DNA of 57,531 nucleotides from Candidatus Uhrbacteria bacterium. GTDB lineage: Bacteria; Patescibacteriota; Patescibacteriia; UBA9934. Under the pieces are notes generated by a model. That model made no database searches and was not told the origin of the DNA. It saw nothing but the letters and a program-made list of their open reading frames with translations. The position numbers and the translations under genes were made by a program. Within the stretch, counting starts at the first letter, position 1. Every line of letters begins with the position of its first letter. The stretch is taken from positions 1 to 57,531 of the forward strand of contig CALRGN010000001.1 in assembly GCA_943357745.1 (NCBI GenBank). Direction: 5' to 3'. This document shows, piece after piece, positions 18,954 through 27,918 of this stretch.

Positions 18954-20491
18954 AAAATTCCAGCAATTATCGCGAGTAAACAATAAAAAGGGACCAACGA
19001 CCAATCAAGTTTAGCGAGAACTTTTGTGCTATGGGTTTTAAATATTTTACAAAATTTATCAAAAAAATGATAAACCTTAAAATAAATCCACCCCCCTTTA
19101 AAACCGATGGCGTTAAAATTTTCTAACCAAAGCTCATTCCTTCCTGATTTCACTCCAATTAGTCCAAGATACCAGCCACCTAACATCCCAATTCCAAGTA
19201 GATACACCAATAATTGGCACCAAATCAGAATTATCATCGCTACGCCAATCCCATTAATTTCAAGGACGCCATCGGCCCAACTTCTCCAAATATCATCAGA
19301 TAAAAACAAATTTAATTGAATTTGGATAATTTTCCAACTTAGAGCTGTTGGCATAAACCAAAAGAATAAAATCACCAATCCAAAACCTCCAAGGAGAGTA
19401 GCGTTGCCCTTCCGCCACCAGCTGGAACACCACTGCCCACCCATTACCGTAAAAAGAAAAATTAGACTTATCCAAAGCGACTGCCTAATTCCTGACTCCG
19501 CCAACGGATTCAAGGCGGTAGCGGATAGCATCCCTTGAATAATTACGGTATTAAAAATAAAAAGTAACATCAAATCACTCCAACTTCTAACCCCCAAGTT
19601 GCGATAGTTCCTTAAGCGAGTCAACAAAACAGCAATTCCACCAACATTTAGAACAAGCACCGTTATAAGAAAGATTGGGGTATTGGCAGGGTTTAACCAA
19701 AAAAATATAATTCTAAAAATTAGATACAAGCTGGTTAGGATCTGAAGTATGCTCACCAGGTCAAACCCCCACTCATCAACAATCGGTTCATTTTCTTTGG
19801 CAGTGGTTTTCCCCCAGTCCCGGCTGATTGTTCTAAAATAACAACCCATCAAAATAGTCCCCACCAAGCAAACATTAAACCAATTAGTGAAACCAAACAA
19901 ACCCATATCAACCACCGCCACTTCTACAAATAGTCCACCGCTAAATACGGTTACCGTTGTAAATACAATTAAGACTGTAAAAATCAGCATCCAATCTTTA
20001 CCGGGGAGGACATGTTTTTCCGTCTGGCCTGCCAGAATCGACTGTGATCTCCACTCCATGATTGCTAAACCGAATAATAATAAAGCTAACATTATTATAT
20101 TTCCAGCCAATAAAAAACTATTCATCAAACCCAAATAGATCAAAGTCCATCCCCCCGACACTCTCATTGACCCGTTGTTTTTCTCTTTCCACCTCTGAAG
20201 CTGATGGAACAAAAAACTGAGCGAACTAATCCCCAAAAAATGTCCGGCAAATCTATCCAGATGCCAGTTCATACCAAACATAACCGGATTGAAAACTCCC
20301 CATTGGTAGGGCCAAATCAAGCCATCATTCCCACCAAAAACCACTATCACAGAAACAATTATTCCTAAAACCGCACTTAGTATCACAATCCTTCCACTCC
20401 AACCTCCTCTTCGGCCGTACTCCAATCCTAACCCAAGCCACGGCAATCCTATTACTCCTATCAGCAAACAACCAAGTAATAGGTCATTCAT
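18938..20491 (-). CDS. HyfB/EhrA-like (NuoL/MrpA-type) membrane subunit, divergent
   Basis: WHLDRFAGHFL (cf. FxLDxLSxxF), many TMs; follows the small subunit. Confidence 0.65.
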   Translation of the reverse strand: MNDLLLGCLLIGVIGLPWLGLGLEYGRRGGWSGRIVILSAVLGIIVSVIVVFGGNDGLIWPYQWGVFNPVMFGMNWHLDRFAGHFLGISSLSFLFHQLQRWKEKNNGSMRVSGGWTLIYLGLMNSFLLAGNIIMLALLLFGLAIMEWRSQSILAGQTEKHVLPGKDWMLIFTVLIVFTTVTVFSGGLFVEVAVVDMGLFGFTNWFNVCLVGTILMGCYFRTISRDWGKTTAKENEPIVDEWGFDLVSILQILTSLYLIFRIIFFWLNPANTPIFLITVLVLNVGGIAVLLTRLRNYRNLGVRSWSDLMLLFIFNTVIIQGMLSATALNPLAESGIRQSLWISLIFLFTVMGGQWCSSWWRKGNATLLGGFGLVILFFWFMPTALSWKIIQIQLNLFLSDDIWRSWADGVLEINGIGVAMIILIWCQLLVYLLGIGMLGGWYLGLIGVKSGRNELWLENFNAIGFKGGWIYFKVYHFFDKFCKIFKTHSTKVLAKLDWSLVPFYCLLAIIAGILWLKY

Positions 20492-20502
20492 AAATATTAA
20501 TT

Positions 20503-21048
20503 TCAAACGCGTCTAATTAATTGAGCTAGTTCATTTGGGCCTTCCTCACCAATCATCCAATTTACAGGGATAAGCTTAATTTTAAAATCAGCCGATATTC
20601 CACCGATTCTTTCCTCCTCCCGCTTCACCTTAGCGGCCTCGCTTTCAGCATCCTCCATCCCCCATTTCACTTCACTCTCAATCCCAACTGGCAGATCATT
20701 GTCTGAAGGCTTGATCCAAATCACCTTCAATTCACTCTCACCGCCCCATCTACTTTTCAATCTTCCTAAAACCGCCTGCAGTTGATCCCAATCAAAACCA
20801 ACCAAAATCCAAATCTGAGCCAATTCCGGTTTAGAGACAAATTTAATGCGCTCTGGCAAATGGGCGTATTCAATTCCGTATAACGCGCGGAGTTCTTGTC
20901 CAAATGCCTCCCCACCTACTGCAATTTCCGTATAGATACAAATTCTAGCGTCTCTAAAAAAATCCGCCCAAACCTTCATTGGCCCCCGTTTTGCAATTCT
21001 CTTCCAAGCTAACCACCAAGTAAGATAGATAAGCTTCAACCAGGTCAT
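20503..21048 (-). CDS. EhrS/HyfI (NuoB-like) small subunit lacking Fe-S cysteines
   Basis: EL.AL...Y.....IKFVSKPELAQIWILVG, LKVIWI, IPVNWMI align to NuoB-family EI.AL..PYYD...I.FVASPRHAD.LLVTG, PK.VIA.G.C, PVD..IPGCPP. Confidence 0.7.
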   Translation of the reverse strand: MTWLKLIYLTWWLAWKRIAKRGPMKVWADFFRDARICIYTEIAVGGEAFGQELRALYGIEYAHLPERIKFVSKPELAQIWILVGFDWDQLQAVLGRLKSRWGGESELKVIWIKPSDNDLPVGIESEVKWGMEDAESEAAKVKREEERIGGISADFKIKLIPVNWMIGEEGPNELAQLIRRV

Positions 21049-21060
21049 ATAATTTCCTGA

Positions 21061-21090
21061 AGTTTACAGGCTAAAAACCAATTCGGTCAA
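21061..21090 (-). promoter_or_regulatory. Sigma70-type promoter of the Ehr-like operon
   Basis: TTGACC-18 bp-TAAACT, 12 nt upstream of the ATG at 21048. Confidence 0.65.
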
Positions 21091-21193
21091 CTGTATCCTC
21101 AGATTTTTTTGTCAAACCCAAACAAAACCAAAATTTTCAACAGTCCCCACCCAAGGCCTACAAGCGTTAAAATTTATGCTATGCTTTAACCCT

Positions 21194-22639
21194 ATGAATC
21201 CATCAAATACACCCCATAATTTAGATAAATCAACCAATCCTGACTCAACCCCAAAGCCAGGGGAATCTCCTTCCAACCGCGTCCCTTCAACTCCAATCGC
21301 GCCCTCCACTCCATTAAAAACCACCCCCCTTTCTATGGCCGAAAAAAATCCCGGGCTGTTGATTGCCAGTATTCTAGGAGTGGTTTTGCTAGCATTAGTC
21401 ACCATGCTCACCATTAACATTAGCAAGAATGTTAATAGCAATGATGGCGATACTGTTGATCCTCGGCAAACAAATAATCAAATCAGACTCAACACCAACA
21501 ATGACCGCGATGCCAGTCAATCCAGCACCAAAACCAGCACCGATAAAAACAAATTTCAAGATCCCGATCAAAATTCCGTCAGTCCCAAATCTTTGAGCGG
21601 TGCGCTTATCAAAAGAACAGTGCCCAATGCTCAATCATCAAAAGCGATTTGCAACGACGGTACTGATTACACCTATTACACTCGCCCGGGGAGTCCGGAA
21701 AATTCCGATAGATGGATTGTGTATTTTCAAGGTGGCGCGGCTTGCAGTTCTGTGGACGCTTGCACTTCCCGTGCCGAGGAAGATCCTGATCTTATTACGG
21801 CGGACACTCAGGCTAGTCGTCTCTCAGACGGAATCCTTTCCAGGGACGAGTCTCATAACCCGGATTTCAATGATTGGAGCCATGTCTTTCTCCCCTATTG
21901 CAGTTCAGATACATGGGCAGGTGATACCACCCACCAAATTGCCAGCGACACTTGGTATTTCTACGGCCACCATATAGTTACAGCCGTGGTGGACGAACTT
22001 TTAAACGGGGTAGGCGACATGCCCAAGTTAAGTGATTCTACTGATCTGATGGTGGTGGGCAGTTCAGCTGGAGGTGGTGGTGTTCAGCTGAATTTAGATC
22101 GAATCTCTGAAACCGTCCATGCTGTTGATTCAGCTGTCAGGATTACCGGCGTACTCGATAGCGTTTGGGGTTTCCTCGTTGAACCATACGCTAGTCGAGA
22201 AGATGCTTATGGAAATGTGCTGTCAGAAGGAGAAGCGATCGAATTCCACAACACCATTGGCGATCAAAGTTGTGAAGCCGCCTCTTCTGCCAACGATGAC
22301 GGCTGTAAAAGTACTGACACCCTGTTGCCGTACTTGAGTACTCCCGTTTTTATTTATATCGATCAGCGGGATAGTTTAAAACTTTCCCGAGTGGGGATTG
22401 ATAATATGGGTAAGGATCCAGCTCAACGTGCCTATTGGGAGGAAACATGGCAACCAAATTTACTCGCTTCGCTTGAAGGTCTTACTGGACTTTTTGCACC
22501 AGTGATCGGAAAGCATACATCCTTAACCAGCGATCGTTTCTACACCGTAAAAATAGACGGCCTTAACTTTGCTGATGTGTTAGGCAACTGGTATTTTGAT
22601 CGATCAGGCCCCAAATCTGTCATTGCAGAACAACCTTAA
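21194..22639 (+). CDS. Membrane-anchored pectinacetylesterase/Notum-family alpha/beta hydrolase
   Basis: CNDGT..YY.R.G, WIVYFQGGAAC, NPDF.DW..VFLPYCSSD.W.G, GSSAGG nucleophile, downstream Asp and His candidates; N-terminal P/S/T-rich segment plus TM. Confidence 0.88.
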   Translation: MNPSNTPHNLDKSTNPDSTPKPGESPSNRVPSTPIAPSTPLKTTPLSMAEKNPGLLIASILGVVLLALVTMLTINISKNVNSNDGDTVDPRQTNNQIRLNTNNDRDASQSSTKTSTDKNKFQDPDQNSVSPKSLSGALIKRTVPNAQSSKAICNDGTDYTYYTRPGSPENSDRWIVYFQGGAACSSVDACTSRAEEDPDLITADTQASRLSDGILSRDESHNPDFNDWSHVFLPYCSSDTWAGDTTHQIASDTWYFYGHHIVTAVVDELLNGVGDMPKLSDSTDLMVVGSSAGGGGVQLNLDRISETVHAVDSAVRITGVLDSVWGFLVEPYASREDAYGNVLSEGEAIEFHNTIGDQSCEAASSANDDGCKSTDTLLPYLSTPVFIYIDQRDSLKLSRVGIDNMGKDPAQRAYWEETWQPNLLASLEGLTGLFAPVIGKHTSLTSDRFYTVKIDGLNFADVLGNWYFDRSGPKSVIAEQP

Positions 22640-23931
22640 ACCAACCGTCGCGCCACTTGATCAACATCACCCGCTCCCATCACCAGTAAAACATCTTTTG
22701 GTAGGATAATTTGACGGAGCAACGCTTCGGCCACCTCAAGATTCAAGGCGTAATGTCCGTGCGGATGGTTTGTGGCTTCTAGCAATTGCTTGCTACTCAC
22801 CGTTTCAGTGGCCGTTGTCCGACCAGTAACGCCGTATATTTCGGACAAAACGAGTTCATCCGCCAAATCAAAACTTTTAGAAAATTCCTCAAAAAAATCC
22901 ATCGTCCGCCGGTGCTGATGGGGCTCAAATAACAAAACAATCCTCCGATCAGGATAAAATTCCCGCACTGCTTTAAGAGTAGCCTTAATTGCGGTTGGAT
23001 GATGGGCGTAGTCAGAAATCACCGTTGCCCCCTTAAACTCTCCCACCACTTCAAATCGTCGCCAAATTCCGCGATAATTTTGCAAAGCGATATCAATATT
23101 AGTGCGATCGGAGTCAGCACTCAGCCAATTAACCACCGCCCGCGCCCCCGCCGCATTGGCGCGATTAAAGATTCCTGGCACCAATAATTTCAATTCGCCA
23201 AGATCAGACGCGCTATATTCCACCAGCCGATTACCACTCAATTGCGCACTATGAACATCATCCTTATTAACAAACACCACGCTAGTAGTCTGCTCCGCCA
23301 ATTGCTGAAACCCAGCCACCACGCCACTCAGATCACCATAAATCTCCAGATGATCCGCTTCAATATTAGTGATTAGAGTAATCGCTGGCCGTAAACTCAA
23401 CATCTTCCGCTTATATTCATCCCCCTCTATCAACAAGATCCCCTTTCCTTCATTCTGTACCTTGCCTATTCTCAAATTCCCCAGTTTCCACCCCGGCACC
23501 ACCGACCCCACAAATACAGTGGGATCCATTCCAAGCGCAATCAAACACTCCGCCAACATCGCCGTTGTGGTGGACTTACCATGCGTTCCAGTAACACAAA
23601 TAACGAAATAATTATTGGCTAATTCCCCAAAGAATTCAAAGTGTCCCAGCGTTTTGATGCTCCTTTTTTTTGCGGATATTAACACTACATCGGTGATAGG
23701 AACCGCTTCCGAGTAAACCACCAGATCAACCCCAGTAGGCAGTTCAGTTGGACTTTGACCAATCGTAATCTCACCGCCCAGCGCTAGCACCGCATTAGTC
23801 TGATCACTTACCACCAGGTCACATCCAGATACGCGTTTCCCGTTTGCCAAAGAAAACTTAGCAACGGCACTAATTCCAATCCCACCCGCTCCAACCGCAT
23901 AGAGATGAGTGAATTCATCAAGAAAACTCAT
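22636..23931 (-). CDS. murC: UDP-N-acetylmuramate--L-alanine ligase
   Basis: GAGGIGISA, GTHGKSTTT, DYAHHPT, FEPH, MGAGD. Confidence 0.95.
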   Translation of the reverse strand: MSFLDEFTHLYAVGAGGIGISAVAKFSLANGKRVSGCDLVVSDQTNAVLALGGEITIGQSPTELPTGVDLVVYSEAVPITDVVLISAKKRSIKTLGHFEFFGELANNYFVICVTGTHGKSTTTAMLAECLIALGMDPTVFVGSVVPGWKLGNLRIGKVQNEGKGILLIEGDEYKRKMLSLRPAITLITNIEADHLEIYGDLSGVVAGFQQLAEQTTSVVFVNKDDVHSAQLSGNRLVEYSASDLGELKLLVPGIFNRANAAGARAVVNWLSADSDRTNIDIALQNYRGIWRRFEVVGEFKGATVISDYAHHPTAIKATLKAVREFYPDRRIVLLFEPHQHRRTMDFFEEFSKSFDLADELVLSEIYGVTGRTTATETVSSKQLLEATNHPHGHYALNLEVAEALLRQIILPKDVLLVMGAGDVDQVARRLV

Positions 23932-23933
23932 AT

Positions 23934-24236
23934 CTAATCCGGTTTTCGTTTTGCAATTTGATTCTTCAGTTGATCCTTAGCTAAATCAATCGCCGCATAC
24001 AGATCATCTTTCACTATCCGCAAATGAATACTTGGCCCGGGTAAAATACAATTTACTTCCGCAAAGAAAATCTCGCCCTTTGCATGGTGTTTGCTATCCT
24101 TACCAACTCTAATTTCCAAATCAAACGGTTGATACCGAACCGTCATTTTTTCTAGTTGACCAAATTTCAATTCAATAAACTGATTAATCGCTGGAGTGAG
24201 TTCTAAATTCTGCCCTTCAATTTTTATAATACGCAT
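23934..24236 (-). CDS. hpf: Ribosome hibernation factor (HPF/RaiA, short form)
   Basis: I.G.NLELTPAI..., DLYAAID motif. Confidence 0.9.
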   Translation of the reverse strand: MRIIKIEGQNLELTPAINQFIELKFGQLEKMTVRYQPFDLEIRVGKDSKHHAKGEIFFAEVNCILPGPSIHLRIVKDDLYAAIDLAKDQLKNQIAKRKPD

Positions 24237-24240
24237 AGAT

Positions 24241-25227
24241 TCATATTTCTAAATTAAGTCCAATCAAACTTAATTCCTCTTGTAATCTAATTCCAAATTT
24301 CTCATAAATTCCCCTTTTAATTAATTTTATTAATTGAGAGATTTCGCTCGCTCTAGCCTGACCCAGATTAACCAAAAAATTTCCATGACTTAATGATACC
24401 TCCGATTGACCGACTCTGGTTCCTTTAAACCCCGCCTGTTCAATCAACCAACCAGCCCCCAAACGATGCGCTTGGAGCATCTTGGCAGGAACGATAGTGA
24501 CTTTAAGTATGCGTTGTAATTGCTCCTCGGTAAAATTTTCAACATTCACAAACACACATCCAGCTGATGAAGTACCAAACGGTTGCGTTAATTTTCTCTG
24601 CTGTAAAAAATCAGAAAGCTTTGCCACACACCTCTTTGGGTCCGCTGGTGCTAACTGAAATTCCGCCACAACAACAATCGTCTGCTTGTAGTCCTTATTT
24701 TTCAGAATTGAATGACGATAGCTAAATTCCAGTTTTTCTTTTTCCCACTGTTCAATCACCCCATTATGGAGCACCGTAACAGCAAGTAGATGATCGGAAA
24801 TTTCTCCTCCAAAACAGCCGGCATTGCCCCGCACCGCTCCCCCAATCGTTCCCGGAAGTGAAATCGCCCATTCTAATCCGGTCAATCCCTGCTCGGACGC
24901 TTGCCTAGCCACCGAGGCAGTGATTGCCCCCGCTTCCGCCACTAGTCGATCTCCCTCAATCTTCACTTCTCTAAAAGCAATCTTTATCACTAGTCCCAGA
25001 TAACCTTCATCCGACGCCAAAGTATTTGATCCTCCCCCTAAAACCACCCAATCAACAGCAAGGTCATTCGCCATTTTAACCCCCGCTTCTAAATCAGCCC
25101 CGCTTCTCACTTCTAAAAAATAACGCGCCGGGCCCCCCACTCTAAAATTCAAATGCCTAGAGAGCGGTTCATTCTCCTTAAACTGGGCGCCAAATCGCTC
25201 TCTAAATCGTTGCGGAGCGGTATACAT
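24241..25227 (-). CDS. murB: UDP-N-acetylenolpyruvoylglucosamine reductase
   Basis: FRVGGPA, GGGSN, PGTIGGAV.GNAG, SAGCVF.N, HGNFLVN. Confidence 0.95.
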   Translation of the reverse strand: MYTAPQRFRERFGAQFKENEPLSRHLNFRVGGPARYFLEVRSGADLEAGVKMANDLAVDWVVLGGGSNTLASDEGYLGLVIKIAFREVKIEGDRLVAEAGAITASVARQASEQGLTGLEWAISLPGTIGGAVRGNAGCFGGEISDHLLAVTVLHNGVIEQWEKEKLEFSYRHSILKNKDYKQTIVVVAEFQLAPADPKRCVAKLSDFLQQRKLTQPFGTSSAGCVFVNVENFTEEQLQRILKVTIVPAKMLQAHRLGAGWLIEQAGFKGTRVGQSEVSLSHGNFLVNLGQARASEISQLIKLIKRGIYEKFGIRLQEELSLIGLNLEI

Positions 25228-25270
25228 ATCCCTATTATATTACAATATATCCGGAAATTAGCCAAATAAT

Positions 25271-25298
25271 TTGACGGCATCTATATTTCTGCTACACT
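25271..25298 (+). promoter_or_regulatory. Sigma70 promoter with extended -10
   Basis: TTGACG-16 bp-TACACT with TG upstream of -10. Confidence 0.7.
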
Positions 25299-25330
25299 AT
25301 CTGCGCTCAACCCACAACCTAGGAGGGACC

Positions 25331-25666
25331 TTGAGCGTTACCATCCAGCTATTTTTGAACCCACCCCCCGCCTTAAGCAAGCGAAAAAAAGAACGATTCG
25401 TGACAGCGGTCCGGAGGGAGTTTTTCACTCACTGTACCGCGCTCGCTCTGGCCCCCGAGTTCCACAACGTGGATCACGGTCCCTACAAGCTCGAGCTCAA
25501 GTTCCGTTCCGATCAGCCCGACGGAAGCGGTGTCCGTATTGACGGCGCCACTGCGCTCGATGGCAGCAGCCTTGAACGGCTCACCACTTGGGCAACTGGG
25601 GTTTACTCAGCCCGGATCGCCAACTGCCCAGGTGCGTCCGTCTCTGAGGCACAACCGTCGGTCTAG
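25331..25666 (+). CDS. Orphan hypothetical protein (111 aa)
   Basis: AGGAGG at 25321-25326 before a TTG start; own promoter and downstream hairpin; GC-richer than flanks. Confidence 0.65.
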   Translation: MSVTIQLFLNPPPALSKRKKERFVTAVRREFFTHCTALALAPEFHNVDHGPYKLELKFRSDQPDGSGVRIDGATALDGSSLERLTTWATGVYSARIANCPGASVSEAQPSV

Positions 25667-25690
25667 TCCCGTCGTTCTCTCCCCCCCCTT

Positions 25691-25722
25691 CGCCCGCCCC
25701 GCGTCTCTTCGCGTGGCGGGCG
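25691..25722 (+). terminator. GC-rich hairpin, probable terminator
   Basis: cgcccgccccgcg-tctctt-cgcgtggcgggcg followed by cttcattt. Confidence 0.6.
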
Positions 25723-25766
25723 CTTCATTTCCATAAAAACAACCTTTCCCGTATACTTCAGAACAT

Positions 25767-27017
25767 ATGTCCATCACACCAAACTCCCCTTTATCAATCC
25801 AAGATCCGGCCATTGCCTCCGCCATCAACGCCGAGGCGCACCGTCAACAAACCTCCCTAGAACTAATCCCCTCAGAAAACTTTGTCTCCCCCGCCGTATT
25901 AGAGGCGCTTGGTTCGGTCGCCACCAATAAATATGCGGAAGGGTATCCCGGCAAAAGATATTACGGTGGTTGTGAAAATGTTGATGTGATGGAAGACCTC
26001 GCCCGAGATCGCGCTAAAGCGATTTACGGCGCTGAGCATGTCAATGTCCAATCTCATTCCGGCGCCCCCGCTAACATTGCCGTTTACGCCGCCCTACTCT
26101 CCCCCGGAGACACCGTGCTAGGAATGGATCTCTCTCACGGCGGTCATCTCACCCATGGTCATCCCGTTACGGACTCCGCCCAGCGGTATAACTTTCTTAG
26201 ATATAAAACTACTCCGGAAGGAACGATTGATTATGATGCTCTCGAGGCCACCGCCAAAGAACACAAACCTAAATTAATTTTGGTAGGCTACTCCGCCTAT
26301 TCAAGAGAAATTGATTACAAGCGGGTCAAAGAAATCGCTGAAAGCGTGGGCGCTTTTGCGATGGCAGACATTGCCCACATCGCCGGTTTGATTGCCGGCG
26401 GTGAAATGAATAATCCGGTACCATTTTTTGATGTCGTTACCACCACCACTCACAAAACTTTAAGAGGTCCGCGTGGTGGCATGATCATGTGTCAGTCCGC
26501 CCTCGCCAAACAAATTGATAAAGCGGTCTTCCCACTATTGCAAGGTGGACCACATATGAACACTATCGCCGCCAAAGCGGTCGCCTTTGGTGAAGCTCAA
26601 GAACCAGCCTTCAAGCTCTACGCCAAACAAATCAAAGCAAACGCTCAAGCCCTCGCCACCGCACTTACCACTCGTGGCTTTAAGCTAGCGTTTGGTGGAA
26701 CGGAGAATCATTTAATGTTGCTCGACCTCACGAGTAAAGCCATCACTGGCGGAATTGCCCAAACCGCTCTAGACTCCGCCGGCATCACTTGCAACAAAAA
26801 CATGATTCCGGACGATCCCCGATCGCCAATGGATCCTTCCGGTTTACGGCTCGGCACGCCCGCTATTACTACTAGAGGTCTTAAAGCCGAGCAGATGGCC
26901 AATATCGCCCATTGGATTGATCAAGCTATTCAAAATCATGCTAACCCCATCGCCCTCGCCAACATCAAGGCTGAAGTAGCGGATTTCATGAACCCTTATC
27001 CGTTGTTTCAAAAATAA
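25767..27017 (+). CDS. glyA: Serine hydroxymethyltransferase
   Basis: [34 protein letters not shown]. Confidence 0.98.
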   Translation: MSITPNSPLSIQDPAIASAINAEAHRQQTSLELIPSENFVSPAVLEALGSVATNKYAEGYPGKRYYGGCENVDVMEDLARDRAKAIYGAEHVNVQSHSGAPANIAVYAALLSPGDTVLGMDLSHGGHLTHGHPVTDSAQRYNFLRYKTTPEGTIDYDALEATAKEHKPKLILVGYSAYSREIDYKRVKEIAESVGAFAMADIAHIAGLIAGGEMNNPVPFFDVVTTTTHKTLRGPRGGMIMCQSALAKQIDKAVFPLLQGGPHMNTIAAKAVAFGEAQEPAFKLYAKQIKANAQALATALTTRGFKLAFGGTENHLMLLDLTSKAITGGIAQTALDSAGITCNKNMIPDDPRSPMDPSGLRLGTPAITTRGLKAEQMANIAHWIDQAIQNHANPIALANIKAEVADFMNPYPLFQK

Positions 27018-27054
27018 TTTTGAGTTATCAATCACTCCCACCTCAATTTCAAAT

Positions 27055-27918
27055 ATGACGGAAATTATTCGCGGTCGCTTGCTAGCAAAAAACATTTTAG
27101 AAAAAACCAAGGCCCGTCTCCCCGCTCCACCGCCAGGTAGAACCACTCCCGCTAATCCTCCCGGCCTAGGTGTAATCCTAATTGGCGCCGATCCCGCTTC
27201 CACTTTATATGTCAAGCTAAAAACTCAAGCCGCCAAAGAAGTGGGGCTATATGTGGAAATCGTAAATTTTGATAAATCGGTGGATCAAAAACTTGTTCTC
27301 ACTAAAATTGCCGAGTGGAATCTTCGCACCGATATCAACGGCATCTTAGTACAATTCCCCGTGCCTAAAGAATTTGATGGCGATCTACTAGTCAAAGCGA
27401 TTCACCCCAATAAAGATGTGGACGGTTTCCATCCCGAGAATCGAGCCGCGCTCTTAAACGGCAAAGCTAATTTAGTGCCACCGGTAGCGCTAGCAATCAT
27501 GCGCCTAATTCAAGCCACCCATCTACCGCTCACCAATAAACATGCCTTGATCATTTCAAAGAGCACGGTTTTTGCTGAACCGTTAATTGAATTAATGAAA
27601 GAGGCCGGGCTAGTGGGCAGTAGAATCTCACCACGTTCCGCCACTCTCAAGCCCCAGGCACAATCCGCCGATCTCATTGTGGTCGCCGTCGGGAAGGCCG
27701 GTTTTTTGACCAAAGAGCTCGTCAAACCAGGGGCAATTATCATTGATGTTGGTACCAACCGAGAAAACGGCAAAGTAGTAGGAGACACTGCCCCAGACGC
27801 CGCCGCTCTGGCCGCCTTCATCTCCCCCGTTCCCGGCGGCGTTGGTCCTCTCACCGTGGCCTATTTAGTTTTGAATGTGATTAGAGCCCAAGAAAAACAA
27901 ACCAATCAATTAAAATAA
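27055..27918 (+). CDS. folD: Methylenetetrahydrofolate dehydrogenase/cyclohydrolase
   Basis: S..YV..K, GILVQ.P, KDVDG.H, PVPGGVGPLT. Confidence 0.95.
   Translation: MTEIIRGRLLAKNILEKTKARLPAPPPGRTTPANPPGLGVILIGADPASTLYVKLKTQAAKEVGLYVEIVNFDKSVDQKLVLTKIAEWNLRTDINGILVQFPVPKEFDGDLLVKAIHPNKDVDGFHPENRAALLNGKANLVPPVALAIMRLIQATHLPLTNKHALIISKSTVFAEPLIELMKEAGLVGSRISPRSATLKPQAQSADLIVVAVGKAGFLTKELVKPGAIIIDVGTNRENGKVVGDTAPDAAALAAFISPVPGGVGPLTVAYLVLNVIRAQEKQTNQLK

Noticed and set aside
14386..21048. Functional group-4 [NiFe]-hydrogenase or complex I
   Set aside because: No CxxC Ni motifs, no Fe-S cysteines in the small subunit, no ferredoxin-like subunit or maturation genes in the window
25667..25766. ZTP or THF riboswitch upstream of glyA-folD
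   Set aside because: No consensus elements; a -10 box 9 nt before the glyA ATG leaves no room for a leader
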